From the human T2T-CHM13v2.0 reference genome, Homo sapiens, in the NCBI RefSeq assembly GCF_009914755.1, contig NC_060931.1: a stretch of 64,000 bases of DNA; one strand, 5' to 3'. How positions within the stretch are numbered: the first letter of the stretch is position 1; the number at the start of each line of letters is the position of its first letter. Under the pieces are notes generated by a model, which searched no databases, had not been told where the DNA came from, and saw only the letters and a program-made list of their open reading frames with translations. Shown here one piece after another: positions 13,149 to 25,455 of the stretch. Made by a program: the position numbers and the translations under genes.

Positions 13149-14879
13149 TAGAGAAAAAAGAATTGGCCCCACTACAAGGGTGAAGAGAACTTGCTGCAAG
13201 AGGTCACATAAGCAAATTGAAAGATACCAGAGATATAGGTTACATCTACTCAGAAGGAGAAAGAAAATGGACTGCCCACGGGATCCCCTGGTCCCCTTCC
13301 TCAAATGAGATGTCTCTGGCATAGGTTCCATCTACTCCCGTTCAAAGGCAATAATTCACTAGTGGAGCCATTTGGACACATGGCTACTTTCCAATCACTT
13401 GAGAAGTTCTCTAGCAAATGAGTCCCGTGAAGATGTCTACAGTGTAGGTATGATTTCAGAAGATGGATCTGCCTGAATGATTTCTTGTCTGGACTTGGCC
13501 AGGACTCTCTTCCTAGTCTAATTTTTTCAGACTAGATTTTTATGAGTATCAAATAATAAGAGCATTTTAGATGTCTCTAGTAGCTGAGATCAAGTCTTAG
13601 ACAAAAGACCTCTAAGACTGAAATATAAATAGAGAAGAGTTCAGGATGACATCATGCTGTATGCACACCAGAAGTGACCACAAATAACCTACAATAACCT
13701 TTAAAATTAGTTTTTTCCTGACTTCATAAAACAATATTTTATTTGGCAGGCATCTATTGGCAAGCTTTTTCAAAAGCTCTATTTGTTTTCTGTATCCAGG
13801 AAGACACAACCACTGTTTTCACATAGGTTTCCTCCTATGCTGTGGTTTTGCCATTTTCTGCTTCTTTATGAGTGGCTGCTGCAGAATATTTTTCTTTGGG
13901 ACGTTTATTAAGAGCAATAAGGATATGAATGAAAAACCATCCTCGTAACAATACAGGGTAGGTTTCTCCTTCCATATGTAATGTTGACCAAATCCAAAGT
14001 CAGAAGTGAAATATATCAACAGTGATATCATTGCTTTATTCTAAAGCAATTCTATAATACTATACAGCTGGATAAAAATATTCTATAATACATGAAAATA
14101 AATCAACCCATGTACCCTTTGATGCATTAATTAAATCCAAGGTTAGAAAGAAAATGTGACATTGTAACATACCTTTAGATAAAGGTATAAAATCATGCAA
14201 GCCAAATTGAGGTGTAACAGAGAGCAGGAAAACATAACTTCAAAGTTCTCTCATAGGTTAGCCAATTGTTCTATCTTTTAAAACATACTCCCATTATAAA
14301 GTAAAAGTGATACATTTTTTTCTAAATGTGTTAACATATTCTAAAATTTTTTCTGAATCTAATTTCATATCAAAATCTTCTTCCACTATTTCCTAGAAGA
14401 CAAAGTTGAGTATGTGCAAAATCTTTGAAAGTATAATAAAAACACTTTCCAAATAAACAGCACTTCTAGAATAAGTCACTATATTACATTTTCTTCTATT
14501 TCATGTTAATATTGTACTCTCACAGAGGCAAAAAGAGGAAGGTTCCAATAATTAACCTTGTGCTGTTGACCTAACCAAAATTAACTGGCTCTGCAACAAT
14601 TTAGTTGTCCATATAAAAACAGGAAGAGAGATTTCCCCAAGTAACCCTTATTCACCATGAGAAAAACAGCTGGTGCTCTCTCCTTCCATGTAAGCCTGTG
14701 GGGCACGGATGAAAGGATGTATATTTCTGATATCCTCTCTTGTAAATGGGTGGTTTTTTCAGTGGAAGTGTGCCAACACTCAGTTCCTGAGAGGCAGGGG
14801 CCCAAGAAAATCTGGTCAAAATATTTAGAATTATTTCGATACAAGATGAAGTCTGTGAAAATGAACAAACTTTCCTTAC

Positions 14880-14899
14880 CAGCGTTACATGAGTAATCA
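14880..14899 (-). other. Candidate exon end: 20-nt microexon, or 3' end of a longer first exon
   Basis: Minus strand ttattattttgcag|TGATTACTCATGTAACGCTG|gtaagg, with a near-consensus donor. Motif evidence only. Confidence 0.35.
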
Positions 14900-14924
14900 C
14901 TGCAAAATAATAATGGAAATGTAT

Positions 14925-15860
14925 ACCTTTTCCGCCCAAGAAAGGCAGGAAAGATTAATAAAAAGCACTGCCCTTCCAACAACAAAAATCAAAGTTTTAG
15001 TACCAGACTTTTTTGTGTCCCTGTTTTCCAGTAGTTCTGCTACATTTCCCACAGTACACTGCTGGGATTTTTTATTTTTTATTTTCGCTACGCATGCTCA
15101 CACATCTGTTGCACATGTGTGATCAACCGACTAGATTTTCAAGTTAAATGGACAGAGTGGGCAGAGTATTCCTTTGAGAGTTAGGCTCTGCCTCTGGTGG
15201 ATTGCCGCCAAATGCAATGGTGTAATAAAGAAAAGAAATCTGCTCATTTGAATTGCATTGAAATGAACTGTGTCGTCTCCTAAAATACCATATGGTAATG
15301 ATCCCTGGAGGTATGGTGCATAACACCTAGGTCTGGCAGACACCATTGGAAGGCTGTAAACGTCCCTGTGTAGTCAGGCTGTGAAAGGCAAGATAGTTGA
15401 CAAGAAGCATGCAGGGTGAAACAAGAATCCTATCTGACGTCCCTCAATCAACTCGAAATGAAAGAAAATAGACTGAACAAAGAAATCCTAGCAAGTCACC
15501 TTGGACAAATCCTTCTTTTCCCATTAAACAGCATTCTTGAATCTCACTTCCAGTAAAGTGAAACCTTATGGAAAGAAAGCTGTTTCACCTGAGCAGTAGC
15601 CAGAGTTTCTTTGCAGCAAATTATCTCAATAAGACTCAAGTGTACGTCTGTAAGGCAAAATGCAGTCTTCATAATCAAACCTCCACCAGAGCTGAGCGCA
15701 GATGGACCAAGTAACCGGAGACGCCAAGAGTCATGCCTCTGCTTCGGCTAGCACTCTCGGTGAACCTGATCTTCCCACAGGTAGTAGTAGCTAGTGACCT
15801 GCACGTCATTCTGTGAAGTTTCTCAAGGGAGACGCACCACACATCCATACAGCATACTAC
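14925..15860. promoter_or_regulatory. Repeat-free promoter/enhancer-like patch
   Basis: ZNF143/SBS-like gctacatttcccacagtacactgc (15039-15062, includes RBPJ-type GTGGGAA on minus). CRE/ATF-like TGACGTC (~15435) and TGACGTG (~15802-15808, minus). About 8 CpGs in 15640-15840 against a CpG-poor background. Confidence 0.4.
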
Positions 15861-16534
15861 ACACACACACATATACAGTTTTTTAGTGAGGAGAAATAAT
15901 TCAGGTGACATTGGAGAACTGGCAGTGAGATATTTGAAATGTCTCTATGCCAAACAAGAGAAAAGGATAAGTACAGCTATAGAAGCTTACAGCATGGGCT
16001 TTACAACAAAACCCCATTAACCATCAGTAGTTACAAAATTTTAATTTATGTCAATGGTAAAATTTTGATCTTTTATCTTCCTTGAAAAGGAATAAATTTC
16101 CCACTAAGTCTAAAATCAAGATATGTTGTATAGAAATAACATGGGAAAATACCTCAAGACAAGAGGTTATCCTTGCTTGTATTTTTTCATTTCTAATAAT
16201 TTGATCATAATGGTGTATGTTAACGAGGTGCAAGAATTCCTTAAACTCTGGCTTCTTCTCATCCTTCACTTTTCTTTCTCTAGAAGTGCAGACAACTAAA
16301 GAAAATTCTATCCATATACCTAAATATCAATTTGAAATTTATATGATTGTGGTTCTTAAGTTTCCTGAAAATTAGCTTCATTTTTTATGTCAAACGTGAC
16401 TTTGCATTTTGATTTCTATAATTCCTTTGTGACAATTTGGAGGAAACTTGGTTATCATTACTTATAAAAACAAAGATACTGTGTAATAAAATAGCAGTTA
16501 GTATACATTGGTAGTTTCATCTTGTATCAGTTAA

Positions 16535-16710
16535 TAGCAACTCATTTAATCTTAACCATAACCAAAAAAGATAGGTGTTATTACCCTGGTATTTTACAGA
16601 TGAAGAAACTGAGATTTATCAGGATTTTGTAATTTGTTCAAGGTCAAAAGTAAGCAATATACCGGAGATGCAACCCCACCTTGCTTTTCCAGAGCCAGCA
16701 TTCTGAAATG
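16535..16710 (-). mobile_element. MIR
   Basis: ctcatttaatctt...attttacagatgaagaaactgag...caaggtca core. Confidence 0.8.
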
Positions 16711-18899
16711 TCTATTATACCATCATGATAAAAGGTTTTTGGTTTGGTTTGGTTCTTGACATTCAGACTCTAGAACTGTCATTTTAAACATGTCTTCTTT
16801 CTATTTTAAGACCATCAAAAGGGAAAATTCTATCTACCTCGACAATTTCATAGCACTTTTAAAAACCATTATGTAACTATTTTTCCTTTCTTCAGATCTG
16901 AAGATTTCCCATGACTAAAACATTAATCCATTGTCTCTGATTTCTGCCACTAATAATATTATCTAAAAAGCTTAACTTTTTCTTCAACCTTTTTTCCTCC
17001 CACAGGAAAAAAAGTTTTAAAATCTCACCACGGAAGTCATTTTGCCCCTGCATTCTAAACTGATGAACTTTGCCAAAAGTAGAGATCTATGGGTAAATAA
17101 TATGTAAGTAAATAGGTGAAAAATGTATTCTGAATGAAGTAAATGTTTTCAATCAGAGTCTTCATATCTGTAAGGTCTCTTTCTTTCTTTTTATGAGTCA
17201 TTTTTAGTTGAGGACTTCTGAATATTAAGATCACAAAAATGACTCTTGGAAATTATGTAGTAGGCAGCTGACATTTCCAGGGATATTCATATTTCAGAAT
17301 AATTCTTATAATATCAACACAGATGTTTCTTTTTTTCATTAACTGTAATATCTTCAAATTTGGTGATACTAAAACACCAAATAAATCTCAGCCACTCTTT
17401 GTTGATAAAGAGAACATTAGATTCTGAAGCCATGCTCAAATTCATGTATTACAACACTGCTTATTATTTCAACAGAGGAGCTCTGGGTGCAAAACGTGTG
17501 GGAAGAATATTTATCTTCTTACAGATCAGAAAGCTGATGTATAGGGATTAAAGTATATTTATGAAGTCAATAAAATATTAACAGAACTGTGATGAGCCAA
17601 ATCTGCATTCCATAAAAGGTCTAAAATTAATCTGAGTTTCCAAATGACACATAACTAGTATTTGAAAACATCTTATAAAATTAATGTATTCCTGTATCTA
17701 TGCTGTTCACTTCAGCTCTAATTTGGACTGTCAACATTTTATCACATTCACAGGAAATTCCTAGGAGTTTGTCAATCGATCTCAGAGCAGAAAGTCTGAA
17801 GCAGTCACATACATACACATATGCCTTTTTTAAATTTAAAGAATGTGTATCTCTAAAATGCACAATATCATCTGTGCTAGGTCAACCTAACAGTACTGAG
17901 TTTGCTTTTCGATGAGGAAAAAAAAAACTGCAGAAATGCAAATTCTCACTCTTCTCAGCTTGGCACTCACAGCTATTTTCTGGCTATTTTAAGGATGCTA
18001 CTAATTGACCTGGATGGAAAATATGAGTGTAGCTGTCTCTTTTTTTCTAATTATTCAGAATCTTAATGATTCCAATAGAGGCTTGATTTGTTCTTTTGCG
18101 CATCCAAATGAACAATTCCTATATTGTGCTGAATTTTAGTAAAATCGTTAGATGCGTTTTAGGGAAAGTGAGTAGCCATCTCTGTCCATTCGCATCTCCA
18201 ACATTTTAGGAAATAAGCTTCTCATCAGAGATGGTCTGATAATATTCTTAAAAATTCTTTTCAGATTTGAATTACAGTTAAGACACTAACATATGTAGCA
18301 TGTCTCTCTCTATGTGTGGGTGAGAGAGAGTGAGCAAATAAGCCAAAAATAAGGATTTTGCAGACAAGCCTCAGATGAATGCCTCAGAGATTTTTAGTCC
18401 AACTGCATTCTCTCCGGTTAGCATACAATGTACCCTGTGTGAAAACACTCACAAGTAAACAGGAATTTGAGCTCAGCAACACCCCTGCTTACTTTCTCTT
18501 CCTCTCCCCTCCCCTCCACATGTCTTTTTACTTCCTAATCTGCCAAATCAAATGCTAAATCAGGAGCAATACCCTACAATTAGCTTTTTCAATTAAAATG
18601 TAGAGTTCAAAGTTGACTCCAGAGTGAGTAATTGCTTTTGAAAACCACAACCAGCAGGCAGCTGCCAGATTATTACAACAGTTTATTTAACCTCAAAACA
18701 TCTGATCAATTTTATTATCTGGGCAGAAGGCAGATATCCTGGAGAGTAGGATTTAAAATATACTATACATCCTAGTTGTCTGAGGGAAAATTAAAATTCT
18801 TCAACACCATAAGTATCCTTTTGCCATCACCTTGCTGAGAAAACAAACTCAAACCACAGTTTCTTCATTCGAAAGTCAACAGAAAGGAAGAACATCGTG

Positions 18900-19230
18900 A
18901 CATTCAGCTGGGGTGGGAGGGTGGGGAAGGGGCCAGGAACAGACAATTTACAAAATTACAAGGTTTAAAAACATTCAAACATCCGGCTCATGATGTTTGG
19001 GGTTTTTATTCATCCAGAAAGGAGAAGCAGAGAGGGCTGCCAACCTCACCAAAACAAAGAGTATCACGTTTCGAGAATCCTGATTTGGCTGCCTTCACAC
19101 TGGTGCCCTTATTATTCCAAAATCCACTCTATGGCTCCAGTAACGCCGTGGATTGAAACCGTGGTAATATATAAATAGACTGGAGGGCTCTCAGAGCTCC
19201 TCCCTCCACAGAGTGGCACCTCGAGGAATT
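18900..19230. promoter_or_regulatory. Candidate TATA-type promoter/enhancer with a minus-strand donor at 19050
   Basis: tatataaatag (19168-19178), local CpG enrichment, G-run/CACCC tract (18910-18932), and donor TTG|gtgagg. Motif evidence only. Confidence 0.3.
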
Positions 19231-19399
19231 TCTACCAACTCCTTTTTTCTGACCCTATTACCCACAGCCTAACAGCCTTTCCTGCAGATCCTTGGATTTA
19301 ATTCCACAATGTCTCTGCAAGTCCATTAGAGCCTAAGACATTAAGCAGGTGGTATTATTTCAGCCCCTCCCCAATCTTCTTCAGAGGCGATATTGGGTA

Positions 19400-19612
19400 A
19401 GAACATAGACATTAGCAATCTGTCTGAATTTTGATCCCAGTTCAACTGTTTACTATTAAATAATAGGATGATCTTCAGCAAATAACTTTTCCATTGCTCA
19501 TTTTCCTCATTCATAACCCCATACCTTTGTTGTGAAGACTCAACAATTATGTTTAAAGTGCTTACAACTGTGACAGATACATAATAAGTGCTACGTAAGT
19601 TTTAGCTGTTGG
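19400..19612 (+). mobile_element. MIR
   Basis: gatcccagttcaactgtttacta...ctcattttcctcat...taaagtgctta...cataataagtgct. Confidence 0.75.
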
Positions 19613-20079
19613 TTTTTATCACTCACTCAGGATGCAGGCTTTAGTTCCCCCTGGCTCTAAGCCTTGCCTGTTGGACAGTTTTACCCAGTCTCAGGTCCAG
19701 CTCCTAGCCATTGGAACATCTCTTCATATAGTCTGGATGAAGGTTCAGAGAGCTAGCTACCTGGGCTATCCTTGTGCCTTTACTTTGAGGTCACGTTGTA
19801 AGAAAGCTGTAATACAGTCATGTACCTCTCATATTTCCAGAAGTGTAACCACCTTGAACAATGCCCCAGATGGATGCAGAACACAAGTAACTCTCAACTG
19901 TAGTTGTCTCCAAAATACACCATCATTCGCTGCCACAAGAGTGTTGCTGGACACTACTTCCCATCTCTGTATTTGAAGAACATTTGCATTGCATCTTTTC
20001 TGCCCTAGTCCAACAAACGTCAACTTGACAGAAAAAAAAAAATTCTCATCACAAGACAATTTAGAAAGTGTTCATTGCA

Positions 20080-20480
20080 AATGAACCATTTATTTCTAGA
20101 AAACGACACTTCAATGTCCCCAAAAACACAAGAACACCATCTTTGTGTTTTATTTTTTGTAAAAGATCTTTGACGCCTATTCCCCAATCCCCATTCGCTT
20201 TCCCTTCCAGAACCATGCTACTGTATTTGATATCATTGAATTTCTATGAATTCTTATAGAATATGTAGCATTTTGTATTTTAGTGTAAAGTGCACTGATT
20301 TATAACCTAATAATCAATGAAGGTTATTGATTCATACAGATTGTTATTCATTGTTACTTTTAAGCTCTCAACAGTGTTCTTATAATATATGCGTGTTATT
20401 TTGTCTACATGTCATTTGTTGCTTTTAATTACTCCAGAATACTCCAGAGTATGTGCCTACTGCATTTTTACCTAACCACT
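20080..20480 (-). mobile_element. Old L1M 3' UTR remnant
   Basis: T-rich, antisense L1-like text (tttgttgcttttaattactccagaatactcca). Diverged. Confidence 0.5.
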
Positions 20481-20869
20481 CAATGCTTGCCATATACAAA
20501 AATATTAACATCCAATAGTTAACCTCATATTCCATCAACCTGATCTAAAGTCACAGTGATTCTGGTTAATTCAGCAAGGGAACTTTTTCCCTCCAATCTT
20601 TTATGTAAGAGTTTTCCACCTGAATTATCGAGACAAATAATTCTTTCACTTTCTAGTAAAGATGCACTTAGAGAAATTAGCATTTTTTTGTTTTGAAATC
20701 TGATTGTTGGCAACCAACATGTTTTCTTGATAAAAGTAAATATCTTTCAGAGACACTGAACAACATAAAACACAGACATCTTAAAAGCTTTGTGGAGGTA
20801 GTCAGGCCATGAATAAAATCTAAATAATAACAAGCCAGCTGTGTTTTCAATATCTGTCAGATTTTATTT

Positions 20870-21350
20870 ATAAAAATGTAGAAAAAGCACAAAATCCAAA
20901 GGTGTTTATTCAAGTTTCTACACTGCAGCACTATTTGATATAATGAAATACTGGAAACAATTTTAATATATATTAATAGAAGTCTGGAGTCTGAATAAAA
21001 GATAGGATTTTATGCAACCATAAAAATGAAGTACTTCTGTAAGTACTGACACGGAAACATCTTAAAAATACAGTCAAGCCACTGAAGAATATTTTTCATA
21101 TGACCCAATTTTTATAAAAAAATTAAGGAAATATGCATATATAATAACCTGTTTATATACAGGATTGCATGTGCTAGAAAATATTGGAAGAGATTTCAAC
21201 CTGCACAGAGAACAGCAAGGTCAAAGGGAAGGAGAAAAAATATTTGTTTACCTTTTAATCGTTATCCTTCAGTACAATTTACATGTTTTTATTTATCTAC
21301 AACCAATATGTGCTAATTTCATACTGAACTTTTCTAAACATAAGTAAAAT
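20870..21350 (+). mobile_element. Old L1ME 3' remnant
   Basis: cactgcagcactatttgatataatgaaatactggaaacaa...tttatgcaaccataaaaatgaag. Confidence 0.55.
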
Positions 21351-21574
21351 AAAATGTGACGGGTAAGCCTGGCTTTTGAGGTAGGTTGGAGGTATGGTTT
21401 TACTTACAAAGGGGAGTAACGAAGGAGCCGACCTAGTCCTAAAATCATTCAGGAAAGGAGAGGCAGATGTAAAAAAAGTATGTGAAGAGCAGCCATATCC
21501 CAAGTCACTTATTAAACGGCAATGTACAATCAAAATAACTTTGTTGTTTCCCTGTTGACACATCAATTGCAAAG

Positions 21575-21614
21575 GTGTGTGTGTGTGTCTGTGTGTGTGT
21601 GTGTGTGTGTGTGT
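21575..21614. repeat. (GT)n microsatellite
   Basis: About 20 units with one CT interruption. Confidence 0.97.
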
Positions 21615-22674
21615 TATTGCAATGGAAAAGAGAACAAAAATGTTTTCATTTAAATAGAAGAAGCAATATTCAGTAACTGGAGGAGTTAGTGAAAAACTCT
21701 TGTGGCCACTGATAATAACAATAGGTAACTAAAAAAAGAAATCAGTTAGAAATGGTTTTCAAACAGCTAAGATCATAAGAAATTAAGTTTTTTCATTAAA
21801 AATAAATTTGAAATAACCATACATGTGCTTTTTTCCTTGCTGAAAATTATGTAAATTCAAATTTAAAATGTACTTTAATATATAAGGAGCTAATAGCATC
21901 TCGATTTTTCATAAAGACTTTCCTTTCGAACTTTGAAAATGCTGTTTCATTGCTCAATGTTTCAGAATGAATTATAGAAATTATTTTTAGTTTATCTCCA
22001 AATGATCAAACACAAAAAGTGCAATCCAAAATCGAACTTGGAGTCTTATGTTAGAATTTGACCGTATTTCAATTTACGGAAACCAGGAAAAACATATAAA
22101 ATATTTAATGAAAATACAAAAAAAAGTTAAAATACAGGCCATTCATTCTAGGAGAAGTGCTTTCACTCTTGAGAAATACTAACTGTTATTTTTCCTAAGG
22201 CAGGTAGCAGATTGTTGCTTTAAACTTGAGAATTAAACATTTGATTTTGCTACTATGTAAACAAAACAGTTGCCCAGTAAAAAAGTTTATCTGGGAACAC
22301 TGTAACAGAAAATGACAGACTAACAGGTAAATATTTTAATCATATCCATGGCAAATAAAAACAACAACAAACCCCCCATAATTTGATGAAGCGTTCTCCT
22401 ACTCCAAGATGCTTTACATTGTTAGATGCAAATAATCTATATTTCATTTCGAGACAATGATTTTAAATTCTGAATTTTCACATATAAACATATTAATGTT
22501 ACATAGTATATACTAATTTTTCCTGTCAGTTTTTCTTTGCTCATCAGAATATTTAATAAAATGTGAATGAGAAAAAGTTAGAATATAAAAGATTCTAGAT
22601 ATTTGCACTCGAATCTTGCTTTCCTGCCAGTTTACCAGAAGCAAGGCAACAAGCAAAAGGAATTTATGATGTTA

Positions 22675-22692
22675 TACTCCCTCTAGTGGGCA
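22675..22692 (-). promoter_or_regulatory. CTCF core motif match
   Basis: Minus strand tgcCCACTAGAGGGAGTA against consensus CCAC(C/T)AG(A/G)GGGC(A/G)(C/G). Confidence 0.5.
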
Positions 22693-23536
22693 TTTTTTAA
22701 ATGGAAAGTTCAGCAACCTCCCTGCAGGCGCCAGTACATTTTGAGTTTCATGATTCTCACCCTCCTGAATGGGAAGGTTCTTTGCAGGTTACCCTGTGAT
22801 GGAGAAATTCTAGAGTAAATCAGCTTATGATTTGCCTAAGTGTCGTTCCCTCAGGAAAGCTACCGTTTCTATCTTAATATAAGTATTGTTAGGAAATTAC
22901 GTCTATAATAAATCCAAATTCCACTCTTTGTACCATGTAATTCTTGGGCCTCATGAAGAAACTGGGAAGAGTATACTCTCTTTCCCATTCTGCCAATCCT
23001 CATGGTATATTTTTAAAATATCTCAGAACGAGAGTAGCTACTAAAAATGTGAAAATCAGTAACATTAAGAAGCCATTTTAAAATAGGTTGTTTCAGGCAG
23101 GGGTAACAAAATAAGAATGCATTATTAATAATCCATGAAATTAGAAACATCAAATGGTTATATTCTTTGCCATTATATATGCCATTGCCAATCACAACCA
23201 AAACTGCGTGTTGAATCCCATAGACACTAGTTTGAGCGTAGAAAATATGCCCCAACAATGTTTAATTCAAATTTTAAAATGTTTTTCTCTTTGTATGAAA
23301 CTATATAATTAATTTCTATTTCATGGAAGATCTCGAGCAACTTATTATTTTTGCTAGCCCACAGCAGCAGGAGAGCCCTGTGTGAAGCCTAAAAGGCCTC
23401 AGAAGACTCACCGCTCAAAGGGTGAAGCAAAAATATGTGTAAAAAACAGCAAGATTTTGTCAGAGTAAAGTGACTCAAGGTATGTCTATCTCACCAGATG
23501 GTCGAATTCATCTTCCCAATTTAAAAGGGTTCATAC

Positions 23537-23836
23537 TACCAGGCATAGTGGCTCACACCTGTAATCCTAGCACTTTGGGAGACCAAGGTGGGCGGATCAT
23601 CTTGAGGCCAGGAGTTCAAGACCAGCCTGGCTAACACAGAGAAACCGCATCTCTACCAAAAATACAAAAATTAGCCAGGTGTGGTGGCACACACTTGTAG
23701 CCCCAGCTACTCAGTGGGGGAACTCAGGCATGAGAATTGCTTGAACCCGGGACGCTGAGGTTGCAGTGAGCCCAGATTGCGCCACTGCACTCCAGTCTGC
23801 ACAACAGAGCAAGACTCTGTCTCAAAAAAATAAAAA
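23537..23836 (+). mobile_element. Alu (old S / Jb-like)
   Basis: Full dimer with a perfect 14-bp TSD taaaagggttcata (23522-23535 / 23837-23850). Confidence 0.95.
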
Positions 23837-23852
23837 TAAAAGGGTTCATAAC

Positions 23853-24577
23853 TGGAGGTTCCTCAAAAAATTAAAAATAGAACTATCATATAATCTAGCA
23901 ATCCCACTCTGGGTATATATCCAAAGGCAATAAAATCTCCACCTTGAAGTATCATATGTACTCCCATGTTCATTACAGTGTTATTCACAATAGCCAAGAT
24001 ATGTAAATAACCTGTGTCCATCAATGAATGAAGACAATATGGTATGTGTATACAATGGAATATTATTCATCCTTCAAAAAGAAGGAAATCCTGCCATCTG
24101 TGACAATGTGGATGGACCTGGAGGACATTATACTAAGTGAAATAAGCCAGAAATGGAAAGAAAAATACTGCATGATCTTACTTATATATGGAACTAAAAA
24201 AAAAAAGTTTAACTCATAGAAACAGAGTAGATGAGTGGTTACCAGTGGTCAGGCAGGGGTGGGGACAAGGATACATTAGTCAAAAGTCACAAACTTGCAG
24301 TTATGAGTATTTCTGGAGGCCTAATGTACACTGTGCTGACTGTAGTTAATAATATTGTTACTAATCTTACTTTTGCACCAACCTAATATATACTTAATAT
24401 TTGCTAAGTGAGTAGATCTTAAGTCTTCTTACCATACACACAAAAGGTAAATTTCTGAGCTGATACAGATATTAACTTGATTACAGTAATCATTTCACAA
24501 TGTATCTCAAAACATCACACTGTACACTTTCAATATATACAACTTCTGTCATTTATACCTCAAAAAAGCTGAAAAAT
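23853..24577 (+). mobile_element. 5'-truncated L1MA9/L1MB-like 3' end
   Basis: ggaggttcctcaaaaaattaaaaatagaacta, gatggacctggaggacattatactaagtgaaataagccag, end tatacctcaaaaaagctgaaaa. Confidence 0.88.
24367..24388. mobile_element. Solo Hsmar1/MADE1 terminal inverted repeat fragment
   Basis: ttacttttgcaccaacctaata matches the MADE1 end plus TA and interrupts the L1 3' UTR. Confidence 0.8.
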
Positions 24578-25291
24578 AGGATAAAGACTTTTTTTCCTCA
24601 AATTCCTACCATTATATTATATACCCTTTGAGCAGAAAAAATCTTCCTGTCTCTCTGAGTTGGCACAGAACCTACAACTAAGTTGATACTTAAGCCATGC
24701 TTATTGTTGATGAAGATGAAGCCCCAGAATGAATGCTTGGGCTTGCCAACATGTATTAATTCCCATTTGTACCATATGACAATTATTGTCTTTTGGATTA
24801 TCTGCTGCTGAAAGAAGTGTTTTTGTGGGAAGAGGGAGTCAGAAAATGTACGGAGATCCATGTGATCCTGGACAAGCCTTGTGGTGTGTGACAGTGGGGA
24901 AATCTTGGCAGGCAGAACACTATCAACATAGGATGAGATGGTATTTGAGAGAGAGTGGTAGAGATACCAAAGATACAAACCTATCAAGTGCCAGCTCGGA
25001 TCTGCTATGCCACAGAAAAGAAAGCTTAACCTTTTTTGAAAGCAAAGTGCTACCTATGCCAGAGAATTACAGGACTTTTCTGCAGTAATTCTATCTGCCC
25101 TAGGTCTCCTCAGAAGCATGACTTTGTAAAATCATTGCACAATTATTGGGGGTGGGAGTCGTGAGGCAGAGGAGAGGTATCGGGACAGGGACCACTACAT
25201 GGCAGCAAATTTACTTGTAGATTAGATTGCTTAGGCACCTATTGAAGATTGTACAACTAAACAACAACGTAAGTGCACCAAGCAATCTAAG

Positions 25292-25455
25292 GCAACATTT
25301 CTCACAGCATGGCCTTGGATCAAAACTTTGACATTGACCTGCAATTTTTATAAACACTTGCAGCCCAGAGGCTACTCAATCTGTATTCCTACGGGTGCTA
25401 CCTGATAAGCAACATATTTAACAAACTTCCCAGCTGATTTTCTATATAGAAAAGC
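25292..25455. mobile_element. MER5-like hAT-Charlie remnant
   Basis: tttctcacagcatgg...ctactcaatctg...atttaacaaacttcccagctgattttcta. Confidence 0.5.

Noticed and set aside
15735-15756. gcttcggctagcac resembling the U6 snRNA 5' stem-loop
   Set aside because: The match is about 13 nt with an indel and does not extend into the rest of U6.
15675-15911. Minus-strand ORF ending ...SALVEV as a terminal coding exon
   Set aside because: No recognisable homology, no convincing pyrimidine-rich acceptor, and the 5' part runs through a (TG)n-like stretch.
17006-17091. Plus-strand exon-like segment with a strong acceptor
   Set aside because: Stops in all three frames and only a moderate donor; indistinguishable from a pseudo-exon without RNA data.
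24786-25088. 100-aa plus-strand ORF
   Set aside because: Non-ATG start, no recognisable domain and no flanking splice signals; consistent with chance.
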